A stretch of DNA of 58,067 nucleotides from Catajapyx aquilonaris. Its lineage: Eukaryota. The notes under the pieces were generated by a model. The model was not told the origin of the DNA and made no database searches. It saw only the letters and a list, made by a program, of their open reading frames with translations. The stretch is taken from contig JYFJ02000590.1 of the NCBI GenBank assembly GCA_000934665.2, forward strand, positions 62,001 to 120,067, written 5' to 3'. The translations under genes and the position numbers were made by a program. Positions 11,785 through 26,700 of the stretch are shown piece by piece (position 1 is the first letter of the stretch; each line of letters opens with the position of its first letter).

Positions 11785-14700
11785 GTAAGTACATGGTACA
11801 GCAAAAAAAAAGACGGGAGCAAGTAAAAACTTTAAAAAACCAGAGAATCCCAGTGCACGTTTAAAAAGGTCAGTTCCTAAACGGACGTTACATCACAGGC
11901 TCAACAGGCCAGTTGGGTTCTTTTCTTGAGAGAAGTCCAAAAGCGTCCGAAATGGGGCTTTTGGACTGGATTACGATCCTTCCTATGTGCCTCTCTGCTC
12001 CTTCATTGTGAGGCCGGGATGCGGGAGGTTGCGGTTGCAAGTGGCTGAGGTAATTGAAGGGTAGTGAGTTGGGACCTTAGGGTGCCCCCCAGTTGGTCGT
12101 AGGTCTCGGATTTGGACCACTAAACTTCTCTTTACTGCAGCCGGGACGTTGGCAGACTTATAGGAAAGACTCGGCCGTGTCTTCTCCTAAAGCCATGTGA
12201 AAAGCGACTCCATCCATGAACCCACCAACTCTTATCATTTTGTTCAACACTTTTGGTCTGTCATTGCAACTGAATTTGCGATCAGTGTTTCATTTGCCAC
12301 GAATTGGAATGATCTTTGCATCTACATAAATATATTTAAGGCAAAATATGTTTTTCATCGACATGTTTTGCCTAATATTTGATTAATAATTGTGGGACAC
12401 TATGTCAACAGCCAAGATTGCAATGAAATCGTTCATGATTTTACTAGCTCATCAGTTAGAGTTATTTTAAAATTAATTTGATAGTTTTACTACTGTAGTT
12501 CATTTTGGTTGGACCACGCTATTCGTGACACTATTTAGTATGGGCAGTACCATGTACGCTAAATTTATCCGGTCTGCTTTACCGCATTGACAGTATTTGT
12601 TTACGGTAGCGCACTCCCTGGCTGCCTGTATTTTACCGTAATTTAACCGGATTTGAAAAAGTTTCTGCCTATGGGAGCAACACCTGTGGCGCATGTTTAC
12701 GGTGGTGAGCGGGGGCCGATTTTGCCTCTGCTTAATTAGTGACAGCTAATGGATATTTAGCGGTCAGCTAATGTAATGCCTCCCACCCCCACCCCCCGCT
12801 TTCCCCCTCCCCCACATACGCTTTTTCCAGTTCCCCCTATGCTGTGGATTCCAAACCAGCTGGAAGGCGCATATGTTGGGCAAGACGTCATGGTCGAGTG
12901 TCACACCGAGGCTTACCCAAAGTCAATCAACTACTGGACGACGGATAAAGGAGACATGATCACCTCGGGTAAGGACCTAGATTTTTTTTTACATAAAACC
13001 ACCAGGGTTCTCAAAACGTTACCGTAATTTGTTTGCCCAATCAAAGGAGCCCGGAGGGAGAAAGTCCTTTCGAGCTTTAACTCGGAAAATATTGACACAA
13101 GATAATGAGAAGCCTGATCAGGGCGTTATTAATGAAGTGAAAGTGGTTGACGATTTTCCAGGAAAGGAAGCTAATGAGGCCCCTGTGATAGGCCTATCTC
13201 GCTACTTTTCTGGGAATTCGATCACTTTGAATATTCAACAAAAAAAAATTGTGTTGCAGCATGATAGGGGGGAGAGAACGCTGCTTTAGTAAATAAGGCA
13301 CAATTTATGGGAGTCGGCTCTTTGAAGGGAGCTCAAATAGATGCCTCCTTAAAATATGCAGAATAATAGAAGGAATGAAATGAGATAGGAAACCCGCATG
13401 AAGATGGCCTAACGAGGCGTAACCATGAAGGAAGATCAGCAAACAGAGGAGCTGTTGAGGAAATGAGCAGAGCACACAGTTGAAGAGATAGCTCAAAGAG
13501 TACGCGTTTACTCACTGCGTAAATAAAAAAGACAAACTCTGGGGGGAGGGGGGCTGTGTTCCTGCTTTGCTGCTGCCAGACAGTTCAGCCACTACACTTT
13601 AGCATGGCCAGCAAGAATGAGGCGCGGGATAGTGCAGGCAATATATCTAAAAATAATGAAAAATTCCTGATTATCAATAAAACGACCAGAATATTTGCAG
13701 AATCATGTAATACGTAGCTATTACAGTAAAGGAAATGCCAATCGAATGTTCAGTGTGGTTCAGTGTAACCTGTAGTTTCACCAGAATATTTTTCTCTCCC
13801 CTTGTTTCGTCCCCATTCGTTCATTACCTTCCTGGGCAATAAAAATTCATCAATTACCTTTCTTGCAATCGAGAACATGGCTGGGGGAGGGGGGAAGCTG
13901 GGGGCTTTTCCCCAGCAGTGCAATGTCGTGAATAATGAGCAAGATTGGGGGCACACTTCCTTCCTTTTATCCCCCTCCCTCCCTCCCTTTCTCCCCACAC
14001 GACACCCTCGTCCTCTCCCCAGACATCCTCGTCTCGTGAGGAAATATCTGCAGAATGCGAGAGAGTTATGTGAGATGTCGTAGTTCTGCGTGTCGTTCAA
14101 GCCATTCCTCTGGGGAGAGGGCGTCTGCTCTGAGGAAACGACAACCTGATTTGAACAGCTTATTAGAGATGAGTCACAATCGTTTACTACATTATTCAGC
14201 TGGAGTTGTGCCATTCCGGGTATAAAAAGGAGCAAACGTTGCGATTTATGGCGGAAATTCTCAGGAAATTGGGCAATAATATCAGCAACGCATGCTTACG
14301 TTGAGCCTGTAGTTTCATATAATATTCCGGCTCATACTGGCCCAACATTTTTCATCACAATGTATAGTAAAGACACGCCAACGCACAGCAACCGCAAGCG
14401 CGTTCAAAGTAAACAAACTGGGTAGGCTCAAAATCTGCTTTAGTTAAAACATTAAATGTTTACTTCGGTTGAACCCGACGACCTATTCACTCGCCATCCC
14501 AAGTTGTTACACATGGGAAATCTGTATTATTCATGCTTGCGAGTAAAGGCTCCGGCTGCATCATAGCACAAACTCGTTGACCTAACAAGTCTAAATAAAA
14601 ATTGTAGTGGTTAGGAAATGTGAGTACATTGTTGGTCAAGCAGTAGCGTCAATCACATTTTCTTCTTTCTCTCCAAACTCTCATCGGCTGGCAACATTCG

Positions 14701-17700
14701 CTTTCTTTGATGCTGGATTTCCTCCCACCCATTTTCCTAATCTCGTCTCTCGTCGTCTACATTTGCAAACCCGATTCACGACGGATCCTCAGTTGCATTT
14801 GAATTGTCTTCCCCCCTCCCCCACTTCCACTCCTCTCCTTCGCTCTGCACGTTTCATAATTAGGCTTTGATGGCTTTTAGCACCACAGACGCCTCTATTG
14901 ATCACATGCAGACAGGCAGAGATGGAGAAGCAGAGAGAAGGATGGGGAGGTGGGGGAGGTTGGAAAGAGAGAATGGTGTAACCCTCTAGCTATGGAAAGG
15001 CTGACGGGGGTAAGTGGCATCCAGCTGCTCTGGTTCACACCCAGACATTATTGGTCCTCACCGTTGGGGGTGGGGGCCGGAGCTGTTTATTAGCCTGAAG
15101 AGACCAGTTTTCAGGGAGGGTGTGGGTGGGAGGCTGCTGGGAATAGATCGGGAAAGTGGAAGGTATTTTGACAGGAGAAAGGACGGAGACTTATTAAACG
15201 GGGAGTCTCTGGAATGGCCCCTGTGACCATCTGGAGTGGGATCAAGCAGAGGGTGCCTCCCTGATTTCATAAACTTACGGGGGTGGACGGAATGAAGTTG
15301 CCATGGGAGGGGGGAAGGAGAAGGAATGTCTCCGTTAACGCCGCCTGTGTCGACTCCCCCCCTTCTCTCCTCCCAATCTCCTGAGACTCTGCTGCCACTG
15401 TCCCTGGCAAATAAAGTCGCTTCAAAGTGTCCGGACCAGCGGTGGCCCCCTCGGCCCGGTGCCACGTTTCTCACATCTTAACTAGACTCGCACAATGTGC
15501 TGCAAAAGGAGGCTTCAATCAAATTTTGGGGAAATGGGGACCAGGGGCGGACACGGGGGTGTGGCAGCTTATTTGTTGAGAGAGGCCAGCAGCTGACTTG
15601 CCATGTACGAAAACAACTCTTCACTTCTCCTAAGGCAACGGTTTTTTTAGCTCTCTGCTCATCGATTACTGCAGTCAGTGAAATGAGATGTTGGTTATGT
15701 CTCGCTAGATGGTGTTGGGAAAGGGCCAAGCAATAACCCCCATCTATTGGTTTGAATTGGCAACTGTCGCGCCCTTAAGGTTATGAAGGGTTCGCGAGTA
15801 AATCAAGAGATTGAGCTTACGTCCTGTTTCCCAGCATTTCATCTGGATATTAAGAGCTAATAATTTATTGTAGATTAAATTACTGTTAGGCCTACACCTA
15901 ACGCTGGCTATTTTGTGCATAAGCTCTCCAGCAAGCTCAGATTTCAGGGAAATGGTGCCTTAATGCATGCGAGAGAAGTTCCACGCCCCTTGCCGAGGCC
16001 TAAAGGGAACCACTTTTTCGCTCACGTCTCGGAACTGACCACAGGGTTATTCAATCCCTTCCACTCCGTAAAGTTCCCAGCGTGGTAGCTGCGAACAAAA
16101 GAAGTGGAAATTGTGTCTGGAAGAGGAGCTGACGTATGCTCGACTGGCGCCCGTGGGTGCCGACAGTGCAGCAAACTGCCTGACAACTGCATTGTATCAC
16201 TTTCTCCCCTCTCCACCAGCAGTACAACCTGTCTTGATACATAAATTTATTAAGGCCAGACCAGCAAGAATCTCTGTTTCTTTTCTGGTTTACAAACATC
16301 AATGTCAGGCTACAGAATAGAAGCTATTCCCATTCTGATAGAAACATTTCCGGGTATCCAGAAATTGAACTAATTGATCTGAGCCGGAAGATACCAACAT
16401 TCTTAGAAACTGTCGTATCCAAGGAAATTAAATTAAAAACTGTGCAATTTAAAAGGCCCACAATTTGCATACACTGAAATATAACCCATGAATGTTAAGC
16501 TTACCATAGTCCTTTTTGAGCGCACCTCACTGGACGGACACTACTGGTAAACTGGGTCTGGAGCATTGACTTACATAGCTCGTATCGATAAAATAATGGC
16601 CTTGTCCTATATAACAGAATAATGAGGCTTCAGTAATTTCTACACAGTACAGTAGTGTCAGCCGACTTTACAACTTAAGAAAAACAACTTCCGCATTCAA
16701 AGTAAGAATTTCTGCATTACCTTCTACAGCGATGGTCCACATCCTACATAATGTTTACTAGGTATAACTGAGCCTAATTTTACCTCGTGAATGTAACTCA
16801 TTGTAAGTAGTATGTAAAGTATGCCTGATTCCTCACAATCCATGAATTATTTTTCTGTCAGTACACAAGCAGCAACTTCTATACATTCACTTTCTTGGAC
16901 GTGAAACAACATCACCGCCAAGAATTCTAACGGCAGACATCCTCCCAGAAATCGAATCAACCGGCATTTGTAACAAAAATCCAGAAAACTGATGGCCTCC
17001 ACGAGACCATGAAATAATCACGTATGGGACGAGCAATACATATCCGGCGACACCCTCTCCTGGCCACGAAAACGTGACCAACGTAATGAAATGCACACAC
17101 AACGAGAGGGACAGCACACATCCAGGGAATATTCCTACACCTTGTTGGAAGAAAGAATCAATCACGATTTTTTTTCTTCTTCTCCTTCCTCGCCTTTATA
17201 GAAAAAAAAACCTTCGTCGTCTCTGAGCAGCAGCGGCAAGTATTCTCCAGTGCCTAGATGGGAGGGGAGAGTCGAGGGAACAGAAATAGGCTTCCATTCA
17301 TTCTAGAGCTCCTGGTTTGCGGCTGCTGCTTCTGCAGCATGCAAGGAGCCCGAGTGAGTTCCCTTTCGCCTTCGGGGCAAGAGAAGACGGCAAGAGTCGC
17401 CTTGGAAGGAGTTCAAGGATTTATACAATAAGTTTGAAAAGTTCTCTTTCCCCCCAGTTGAACCAGGAGAAGGATTGTTTGAACAGGAGGATTGGTTGCG
17501 GCAAGGGGGTGATGGATTCTGGGCTTGATCCGAAGGGCGAAAGACGTGATTGCGTATCACCGGTTACACCATTGGTTTTTACACATATATTGTATGTGTG
17601 TCCACTGCAGCAACACTGACACAAATTCTGGACGAATTCCTACCCTTGTTCATTTGTTTACAGAACAGTAGAAGTTGCCCCGCCTTCGAGTCAGTGCAAT

Positions 17701-20700
17701 TGATTGGTTTGGATGTAAACAGACTAATAGGTTCAGTAAAACATTTCACGTAATTGCCTGAAGGGAATATCAAGGGGGTGAGGAGGGAGAATCCTGCCTA
17801 ACCCAATCGGTGGCGCGGTTCGCCCCAGGACCAAGAGGAAGGACTCGTGTTCCAGAAGAAAGTAGTGGAAAGAAAGAAAGAAAAAAAAGAAGAGAGAAGA
17901 TGTCAGAAGTTTTCTTCCCTCCGAGGAGAGGGAATTGGGCCTGCTGCTGATGTCGGTCTTGAATGCACAAGTTGACCAAAAACCTGGATGACTTTTCATG
18001 TCACAACTGTTTTTTTTTAACGTAGGAAAAATTATTTTAACGAACGAGGCAGGCGTTAAATTTCACGCAGATGTTATCGACAAGTTTTACACCGGTGAAT
18101 TTATCGGCATGTGGGAATTTCCACAATTTTGGGGATCAATTCCTAATCGATATCAGGGGGCTCCCGGACTATCTACGAGCTTCTCCGGCTCTTGAAATCT
18201 CCCTCAATCTCCTCGTAACTCTCATAAAGCGCGGCGCTTGCTTTTACCCCTCCCCCACCTCCCAATGTTTTCGTTATCCCCAAGCCTCCTTGGCAAACAC
18301 CACACTTTCAGATTTGCATAATGAAACGCACTGGAGGTAGTTGGGGTCCGTCCAGCCCCCACCACGTTCCTTTTTCTATGTGCTAACTGCTAATAGAAGC
18401 AGCCTGGAGGGGTTTGTCACTGGACCGTCGCGTCGTCCACCCCCACAAGCCATGTAACCTTCTGCCCCGCTGCGACGACAGCTTCTTCCCCCAACGGAAC
18501 CCCGTTGGAATAACTTGGAGAATATATATATATAGCGACGGGTCCTCCGCGAAAAATGCAACTGGCCTCAAACAGGTCCGAAATTGGCACTAAACTTTTA
18601 TTCGGTTTAGTGATCAAATCCAAAGAATTCCTGGCGGGACGGGAGGAACTTGGCGAGAATTCTAACTGTGCTGCTGCTGGAGATCATTGATCTGCGAGAT
18701 GGAGGGATAAGGGGAGTTGCTTCTCACCCCTCCCACACCAAAACCTAGAACTCAACCCACACCCTCCCTCCCCGAAAACCCGGTGCTGTCTCTTTCGCAC
18801 GACCTACTAAGAAATAGAATTCCCGGACCCGACAAGGAAAAGGATCCGGTTGCAGCAGGGTTTGAACGTAACCTGCGACGCTGGCTGGGGTTTCCAGTTC
18901 TCTTCTTCATGCAGATAGTAATGGAGTCACTTTTGGGGGGTACAATTTCCGGTGGTGTCCAAAGAGCTCAGCAGTGATTTTGCGGCTTGTTTTTTTTGCA
19001 GGTGAGAAGTACGAGGCGGTGCTCATGGACAGCACGTACAAGATGTACATGAGGCTGAAGATCAGAAATATTACCAAGGTGGACTTCGGATCGTACAAAT
19101 GCATCGCGAGGAATTCGCTGGGCGAAACAGACGGAAACATCAAATTGTATGGTAAGACTCGTTTTATCATTACTTGTGTAGATTATTATTATAAAAACTA
19201 TTATCTGCTTCGGTAAACGAATCTTTCAGAAAACAGGTATTTTTTCGCTCGTTTCCATTGCATTATTGCCATTATTGCTTCTGGTTTCCACCGTCCAGTT
19301 GTCATGGAACGTTCCAGTTTTAAATTGCTGTTTACGACAAAAACCTCTCGCTAAAAGTGCACCCAACCCCAAATCGATTGTTGCAACTCACCCGAATCGG
19401 AGGCTTTTCCGCTTTCCCCTTACTATCCGATAGATGACCAAGTGTCAAAGGGCGAGAATGAAGCTTTTTGAAGGCAAGTCCCCCTACCAGAAATTATCTG
19501 CAGCCAGCTCTCTTCATAACACGAAAAAAAAGAAGCAAGAAGAAAAAATGGGAGTGGCATGGACCAAGGGAGGAAGGGAGGGTGACCATCTTGTTTTCCG
19601 GCCATCCATCATCAAGACCTCGGCGTTGTGGAACTCATTTTGCTCGAGCGGACTCCGTTGTAATCAAAGTGTCAGGCGGAGTTGAGCCAGCCCAGCCTCC
19701 GGTAGATGCCCTTACTAGAAATTAATTCACAATGAAATGTGTCAACGGCGTTCGGAGGACGACAGAAGGGTGTTGGCTGGATTAAAGAAAAAAGACGGGG
19801 AAAAAATTGTTCCGACGAAAAAAAAAGAAGAGATTGTCTTCTTCTTGGCGTAGCTTCAGTTAGCTGGATGGATTGTGGCTGTAGGGAGAAGGTGAAGTTT
19901 TGTCACGTTTAGGAGGATAGCTAGAGTGGATTTCATTAGTTTGAAAGGAAGCCGACGGGTTGTGGTGGTGGTGGTGTCGACCCAAGTTTTCGAGACGGCT
20001 CCGAATAAAATATTTGGCAATTTTGGTCCTTCCTCGTTGGGTTATGGTCGAAGCTGCAGTTTCGCTTTGTGCAAACACGTCAGGTCAGATTCGAGGCGAT
20101 GCATGTTGCCAGCCAAATTGGGGGGCATCCACTGCAGTAGTTAGCACGACCCATTTAAAAAAAAAACCTGACCCAATTTTTTCACGAAAATCTGGTCCTT
20201 TTTCTCCACCCCCTTTTTTAAGGCGGAGAGGATCTGAAATTGGCCCCGCCCTTGACTTGTACTCGGTAATTGAGCTGATGATTGGATTCTGTGAGAAGCG
20301 AGGCTGGAGCGAAAAAAAAGTACCTGGTATTACTTTTGCGGTCATTTCATCGCCTCCCACATCTTAAAGGGATTTTTCTTTTCTCTGCTCTCCCGGAGGC
20401 GATCATTTTCCCTTATTGCGGACTCAACCATCTTACTTCCCCCCAACTCCCATCAATTTTAATTTTGGAGGAGAAGACTGACTATGTATTTACAGCGGAA
20501 GGTATTACCTGCTGCTTCCACCATCAAAATTCTCTTCCAGCTCACGTCCTAATTAGAGAGCAGTTATCACGCATTGTTATAACCTTGCCACAAAATGTAT
20601 ATGGTAACCTGAATGAAATCAATTCCGGAGAGTACCATCACACTGAGGCATATTTCTCCATCGCTGTTTGCTCTCCCGACAGACAGTGTTTGGTTTAAGG

Positions 20701-23700
20701 TGATGCTACAGTGCATTATGGATCCCATCTCGTGAGGGGGGGGCCAAGAGTGATGATGTCAACTGAGGCTTACTTTGCCTTACAGAAATTCCTGCGCCGT
20801 CGACAACCACGACGCCGTTAGCGACGGCCAGCACGCCATCAGGATTCGACAAGTCCAGAGGAAAAAAGAAAGGTTAGCCCCTGAATTATGTCAATGTAAT
20901 ACCCTCTAAATCTTATGCTCCACCAGAGACATTTTTCAGACAAACTTGGCACAGCTTTCCCGCAACAAAAATGAGGGTGTCAAAAACGCATAACTCGATC
21001 CTAAACAAAGAACCGCCACTATAATAAACTCCACAATTTTGTGGCAGCCCAATGCAAAACGGGCAATGTCAAGAGAATAAAAAAAACACAGGCTAGCGGC
21101 TCTTTTTTGTTTGAAAAAAAGCGGACATCTGGTAGCGTATAATAGAGTATCGATGTTCACGCATCCTTCACCACACAGCCGGGGGGCATGAAGTTGATAG
21201 TGTGAGCTATATAGTCATGTGATATTGATCCTCCCGCTGCTTAATTTCAGACTGGGTTTGCTTATTATGGCGAGGCGTGAGCTCTGAGAGGAAAATGGAA
21301 CTGAGGAGGTTAGAGTGTCCTCCTGTGGGAAGCCAACGACTTTCCCCACTGTCGGTCTTAATTAACAACTTCGCCGCGTTTAAAGATAGTAGGTAACATT
21401 CGGTGACCTCCCTTGAAAGTTTATGCCGACGCGGGCTCTGAACCTGGGTCCTTTTGGGAGTCAAGCTTTTGGAGAGAGAGAGAGAGAGAATCACAGCAAC
21501 AAAGCAGGTACAATCCTTTCTGAAATACATTATCACCGCTTGGGTTGCGGTTTCGGATCGAAAAGTCTGCTGCTCCATCCGGCTTAAGGCGAATCAACAT
21601 TGAAGGGATGTCAACTGCTACATCGGCCGGTTTTTTTTAAAACCTTTCTTTCGGCTTCGGTCACGAGTCTCAGTTTTACGCTCCACCTGCGGCACAGAGC
21701 TGCACGACTGGCTTTTGTTCCGTGGCTGTGCTTAAATCGCTTCTAAAAAGGAGCTTCACTGGAATTAAATACGCAACTTACTACCGGAGCAGATTAGGCA
21801 ACTGACTTGACTGCCCCTTCCTCTAACTTACCCCTGATTTCCTACCCCTTGCTATACTAGAGGTTGCAACTTTTTCAGGCTCAAAGTTGGCAGAAGTGAA
21901 TCTAATTATTTCAATGTGCTCAAAGGGAGCAAACACGCGCAGTTGTTGGCTATATCCAATTTTGTTCCCCGAGTGCTTGAAACTTCTTTCTTCGTTCTTC
22001 TGCTCCCCTCTTTCCCATATTGGACCCTACTCCCACCGATTGTGGAATTGACGACATTTGTGCTGTCCCCTCTCCCCCATTTTTCGTCTCCCCTAGGGGT
22101 TCATTAGCCGCAGGAAATGGGGCTTGCGTTATGGCATTTTGCAAAGAGGAAATCTCTCTCCCCCAAGCTCGGTCCAACCCTCGGGGTCGTTGCCAGAAGA
22201 CGACAAACCCGAGGGTTCTGTACATGGTCCATCGGGAGGATAGTAGTGCAAGATGTGGAGGCGGGCGTTTGAGAGATTAAGTCTGGAGTTGAGGAAAGTA
22301 TGAGGCTTTGGGATGTGGGTAATGGCTCCTGCTGCTTGCTAGGGTTACTGGAGGATCAGGGGTGGGTGGTGGGAGGATTAAGTCTGTTCGGCAAATACGC
22401 ACCGAGGCCAGGCCATGCCCTGAACAGAACTCCGCTGATTCGCCGCAATCTTGCCTCTCTTCATTGCAGCTTAAACGGGCCATGTTTGCCGAGGCAAGGC
22501 TAGCCATACTTGCTCTTTCATTCGTGCGTGTAATTCTCTGAAGAAGGTCCCCGGATCCACCTCCAGTCAAAGGCCTTTCAAATTAACAGGGAGCCTGTTT
22601 GTCCACAGTTATTAAATTCCTCTGTCGTTTTTGGAGGGGAAACTGGGCCTGTGTTTGTGGTATTCGGGTCGAACCATTGAAAGTGCGGCATGACGTGGAT
22701 TGGGTCATTTTTCTACTAGGCCTAGCACAAAAATAGATGTTCAATTCAGCAATTTTTATTTCATTTTATGGCTGATTTTTGTTACAATTAATGGCATCTT
22801 GCGTTCATTTCCCCGGTTGTCCCATAACCGCGCTCAACGTGTGGCCAAAAAAGAAACCATGTGTCACATTAATTATGGGGGATAACCAATAGTTTGAACC
22901 ACATAATATCCTGGCTAAATACAGTATTTTGGTGACGGACGCAAAATGACGTCAGGGTAATTATATGCAAGGATTGATTATAATATTGTATTCAATGAGG
23001 CGCGTGTTATAAACAGGTGGGGTATGTGATTACGTCACCACAAATACTGCTGCACTGTATCTGCAATATGTCAACATCTGATCAACTATGTGGCACATGC
23101 ACTGTAGTTACCCACAATTATGCACAATACGCCGAGACCATTGATTACTTTGATATAAGCAAATTTTTGGGCAATTTTATTATCTCTATACATTGACACT
23201 TGAATAGGAGATGCCTCTAACTAAGCTGATTAATAAAGCAGTTACTTTTGTGTTCTTACTCTCATCAAAAATATATTATTAGCTACTGATATTAGGCCGA
23301 ACAAAATTATCCATTCACGCTGCTGCTACGATTTTTCATTCTCTTCACGCGAAATGTCGAAAAAAGGCTGAAAATTCTAGATGAGGTGCATCATCCGCCA
23401 ATTGGGTTATTACCTAGATACGTGTTACAATGTACTGATCTTGAATGCCATATATTACGCCATATATTACAGTTCCCTCCAGTCCGCGAGACCTGGTACT
23501 ATATGCAATATACAGGATCATATAGTTCCTATGGCAACATCGTTATGCACACCATGGTGAGCAGTTTGTAATAAAATGGGCGGAAAGATCGGGCTAGTAA
23601 TATAGGAAATTGAAACCTACTGTACAATGTATAAATCCGTTCCGTTCAGTTGACCAGAAAGCACATGGTTCGTAAAGTTTTAAAATTATATTAATTTTTC

Positions 23701-26700
23701 AGCATGTAAAGCTTCCCATGGGGTGATCGCTTATTATCCTTCATCATGTCACGAGACACGCGCCGATGCAGGTCAACCCTATGACCTGGATACACGTATA
23801 TTTTTCTGCTGGTTATGCCCTCCCTAGAAAACAAGGCCCTGTTTCGCTCCCATGCAGGCTGCATAATCAATGAAGTTGCAGAGCAAACATATCGTCCGAA
23901 CTTTTTAATCATTCATGAGCCTTGGTGAGGTGCAGCAATACACCACGTGAGCAAATTAGCGATCATACCGGCCGAATTGAAGTAAATTGACTAATGACTT
24001 CATAATGTGTCAAAACAGCGACAAGCGTCACTTATGATTATTTTCCACTCTCCAAAACGCCTGGATATTGGCCACGCCAACCCCCGATGCCCGGGTGTGA
24101 AATTCGCTTTTCCATGACGTTACCCCCCGATGCATGGTGACGTCAAGCCAACTGTAAAACGGGAATTATTATTTTGAAAAAAATATGCCGGAAATAATTT
24201 ACTGGGCCCATAGCCGCTTATACCGCAATTTTTCACGCTAGACGGCATTGGAAGCGGTTACATGTCGCCATCGTCGCGTGAGCGGCATCTAGTGGCCAAA
24301 AAAATCAAGTCGTGCCAATCCTTTTGTCCGGGACAGTACCTCCACCGGTTTTATGTCCGCGATGAAGCGGTACATTTTGACGCGGCCGCCCGCTTTTTGG
24401 TAGGTTAATTCCGACGTGCCATAGAAGCCGCGAAGGAGTCAAATGAAGACCGCAAGGAATGAGTCGAGACACTACTTGGCGTCAGGTCGTCCCCCATTAT
24501 CCACGTGATAAACGGCTGCTATTTTCTCGGCCTGGTAGAGTGAGACGGAGGCTCCGATGCATCTGGGCTTGTTTTCAAGGGGGTGAGGGGCATAGAAAAG
24601 CAACTCAACGTATGCAACAGAGGCGGGGGAGGAGGGAGTAAAACCCTCCCCCTCTCTTTCCACCTCCCTCCCCAACCCCTCCAATGCAGAGTTTGGCTTG
24701 AGTGCTGGCGTTTCCTGCGTGGATCGGCAAGATAAGCGGAATGGGACACGGTTATTGCAGGCAGGGAGCCCACGGGTAGACAAGGACCCCGCCAGTGATT
24801 TCCTCCCTCCCCTGCTCCCCATCTAACGCCCTCTCAGTTCTATTCCAGGGGTAGATGCAGGGGAAGGAGGGGGGAGGTCACGCTTCTTGATGAATGGGTT
24901 TGCATTCCGAAAGGTCGCGGAGGGTTTTGATTTGGTTTTACTAGGGACTTCGGCAAAAGCGTTTTCCTCATTTCCGGATGTTCAGCGAGGTTCGTTTCTT
25001 AGCGAACAAGCTTGACTTATTAGTACAAAAATGTTGACGCGACACTCAGAAATTAAAGCTGCATTATAAGAATTACGGTGTCACTTATGGCAGACGCCAG
25101 CAAACAAGTTCAGCCATGATATTATCTCCGCGTCCATTGTTTTGGCTTTGCAACGGTGTCGATCTGGAACAACGAGCTTCCATTAGGATTCCAATTTGAC
25201 CCTGTAGTTGTGGGCTGGTGGGCAGGAAATCCACTGAAGTTTAGCCTGCAACGACTATGACTATAGACACGGAACTATATAGCCGCCAATGCAATTTGCT
25301 ATACACTAGGATGCATCCCATTTGCATTACTATTACCGTGTCTGTTAGAAGACTAGTGGCATGTGAGTTACTAATAAAATACTAGAGAAAATAAATTTTC
25401 ACGTCACAAATTTCATCAAATCTATGCATTACTCCCGTTGGCAAAAAAAGTGCTTCACCTTACAGCACCATATTATAAAAGTGATTTCGCAGCCTCTTCT
25501 TTCCACTTCGCACCGTACCGCTGGCAGATTTCATCCGGCGGGCCCGAAATATAGCGGGATCCATCCTTCTCCTTTTTCTTTTTTTATCATTTCTTTTTCT
25601 TTCTCATGGCCCCGGAAATGTTGAAGAAGATATTAGGGTCCCCGAGGAAGTGCAGGTTTTCTCTGGTCAGAGGGAAAGCGACTGATCACCTTCTGGGGGT
25701 CTCAGCACGGAAGAGAGCCGGGACTGACCCATCGGAAACTCTGGAGACTGATAAATCACTCGGCTCTCGGAAGAGAAAATTTGTAACGAAGATTTATGTC
25801 CCGAATCGGACCGAGATTCAGGGCCTTAGTACCCGCCAGGAGTTGAGGGTGGGTGGGGTGGGGGACAAAGATCCATATGTGAAGTTGCGCAATGCGAGAT
25901 GGATTTGTCCCCATTTGTTCCCTTCATAGCCCTGATTGTTCCTGCTTGCTGCTTTTTTGGGGGTCAGAAAACGGATATTTGTTTTATACAGGTTGAATAG
26001 TACAGTGAAGGACCCAAAATTTAATATTCTAAAATTGCTGGCAACTTTGTAGCTAGTAATAAGTAGGTCTGGGTTTCGGAGCGTTTTAGTAGTGCACAAA
26101 GACAGCCCACAAACTTGAAACTTCCCCTGGCAACCCACCGGATTCGTGCATAAATCACCGAGCGGAACAAATCGGATGGGCAACGTTATACGCAGGTGAA
26201 CGATTCTGAAACGAGGAGAGCGTCGATAAGTGGGGACTATTAATTTCGTCGAGTGCCCATTAACGCAGGTAACATTGGAAAAAGAGTTAGAGGGAAAAGG
26301 AAGACTCCCAAAGTTGAGTTTGTTATGGGCGGGCTACTCTATCTGGGAATGAGAAACTTTGTAATTTGAGTTATGAAGAAGGCGGTCGAATGACACAAAC
26401 TGTTGTAGGAACCCAGTTTGGAATTGGGAAGGAAGAAGAAGGTTTGGCAAAAGGAATCGAAAGGTCCATTAGGAAGGCGGTCTAATTAGCGTAATTCGCA
26501 TTTGGGAAGGCAGTGCAAAGGAGGGGAGAAAACCCTGGGTCTAAATGACAAGTACGGGATTTTGCAAGGAGCTGATCGCATTGACGGTAGAATGTAATGG
26601 CCCGGACACTGGCACCAAGAGACGGGAGATGAGAGAGGAAATTCCTTTTCCTTGTCGGGGTTCCTCAGGATTACCATTTACGAGATGGAAAACACGGGTT

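Noticed and set aside
14608..14619. 12-nt micro-exon candidate between the Ig3 half-exons (tag|TGGTTAGGAAAT|gtgagt)
   Set aside because: No polypyrimidine tract, and it would add an unpaired Cys
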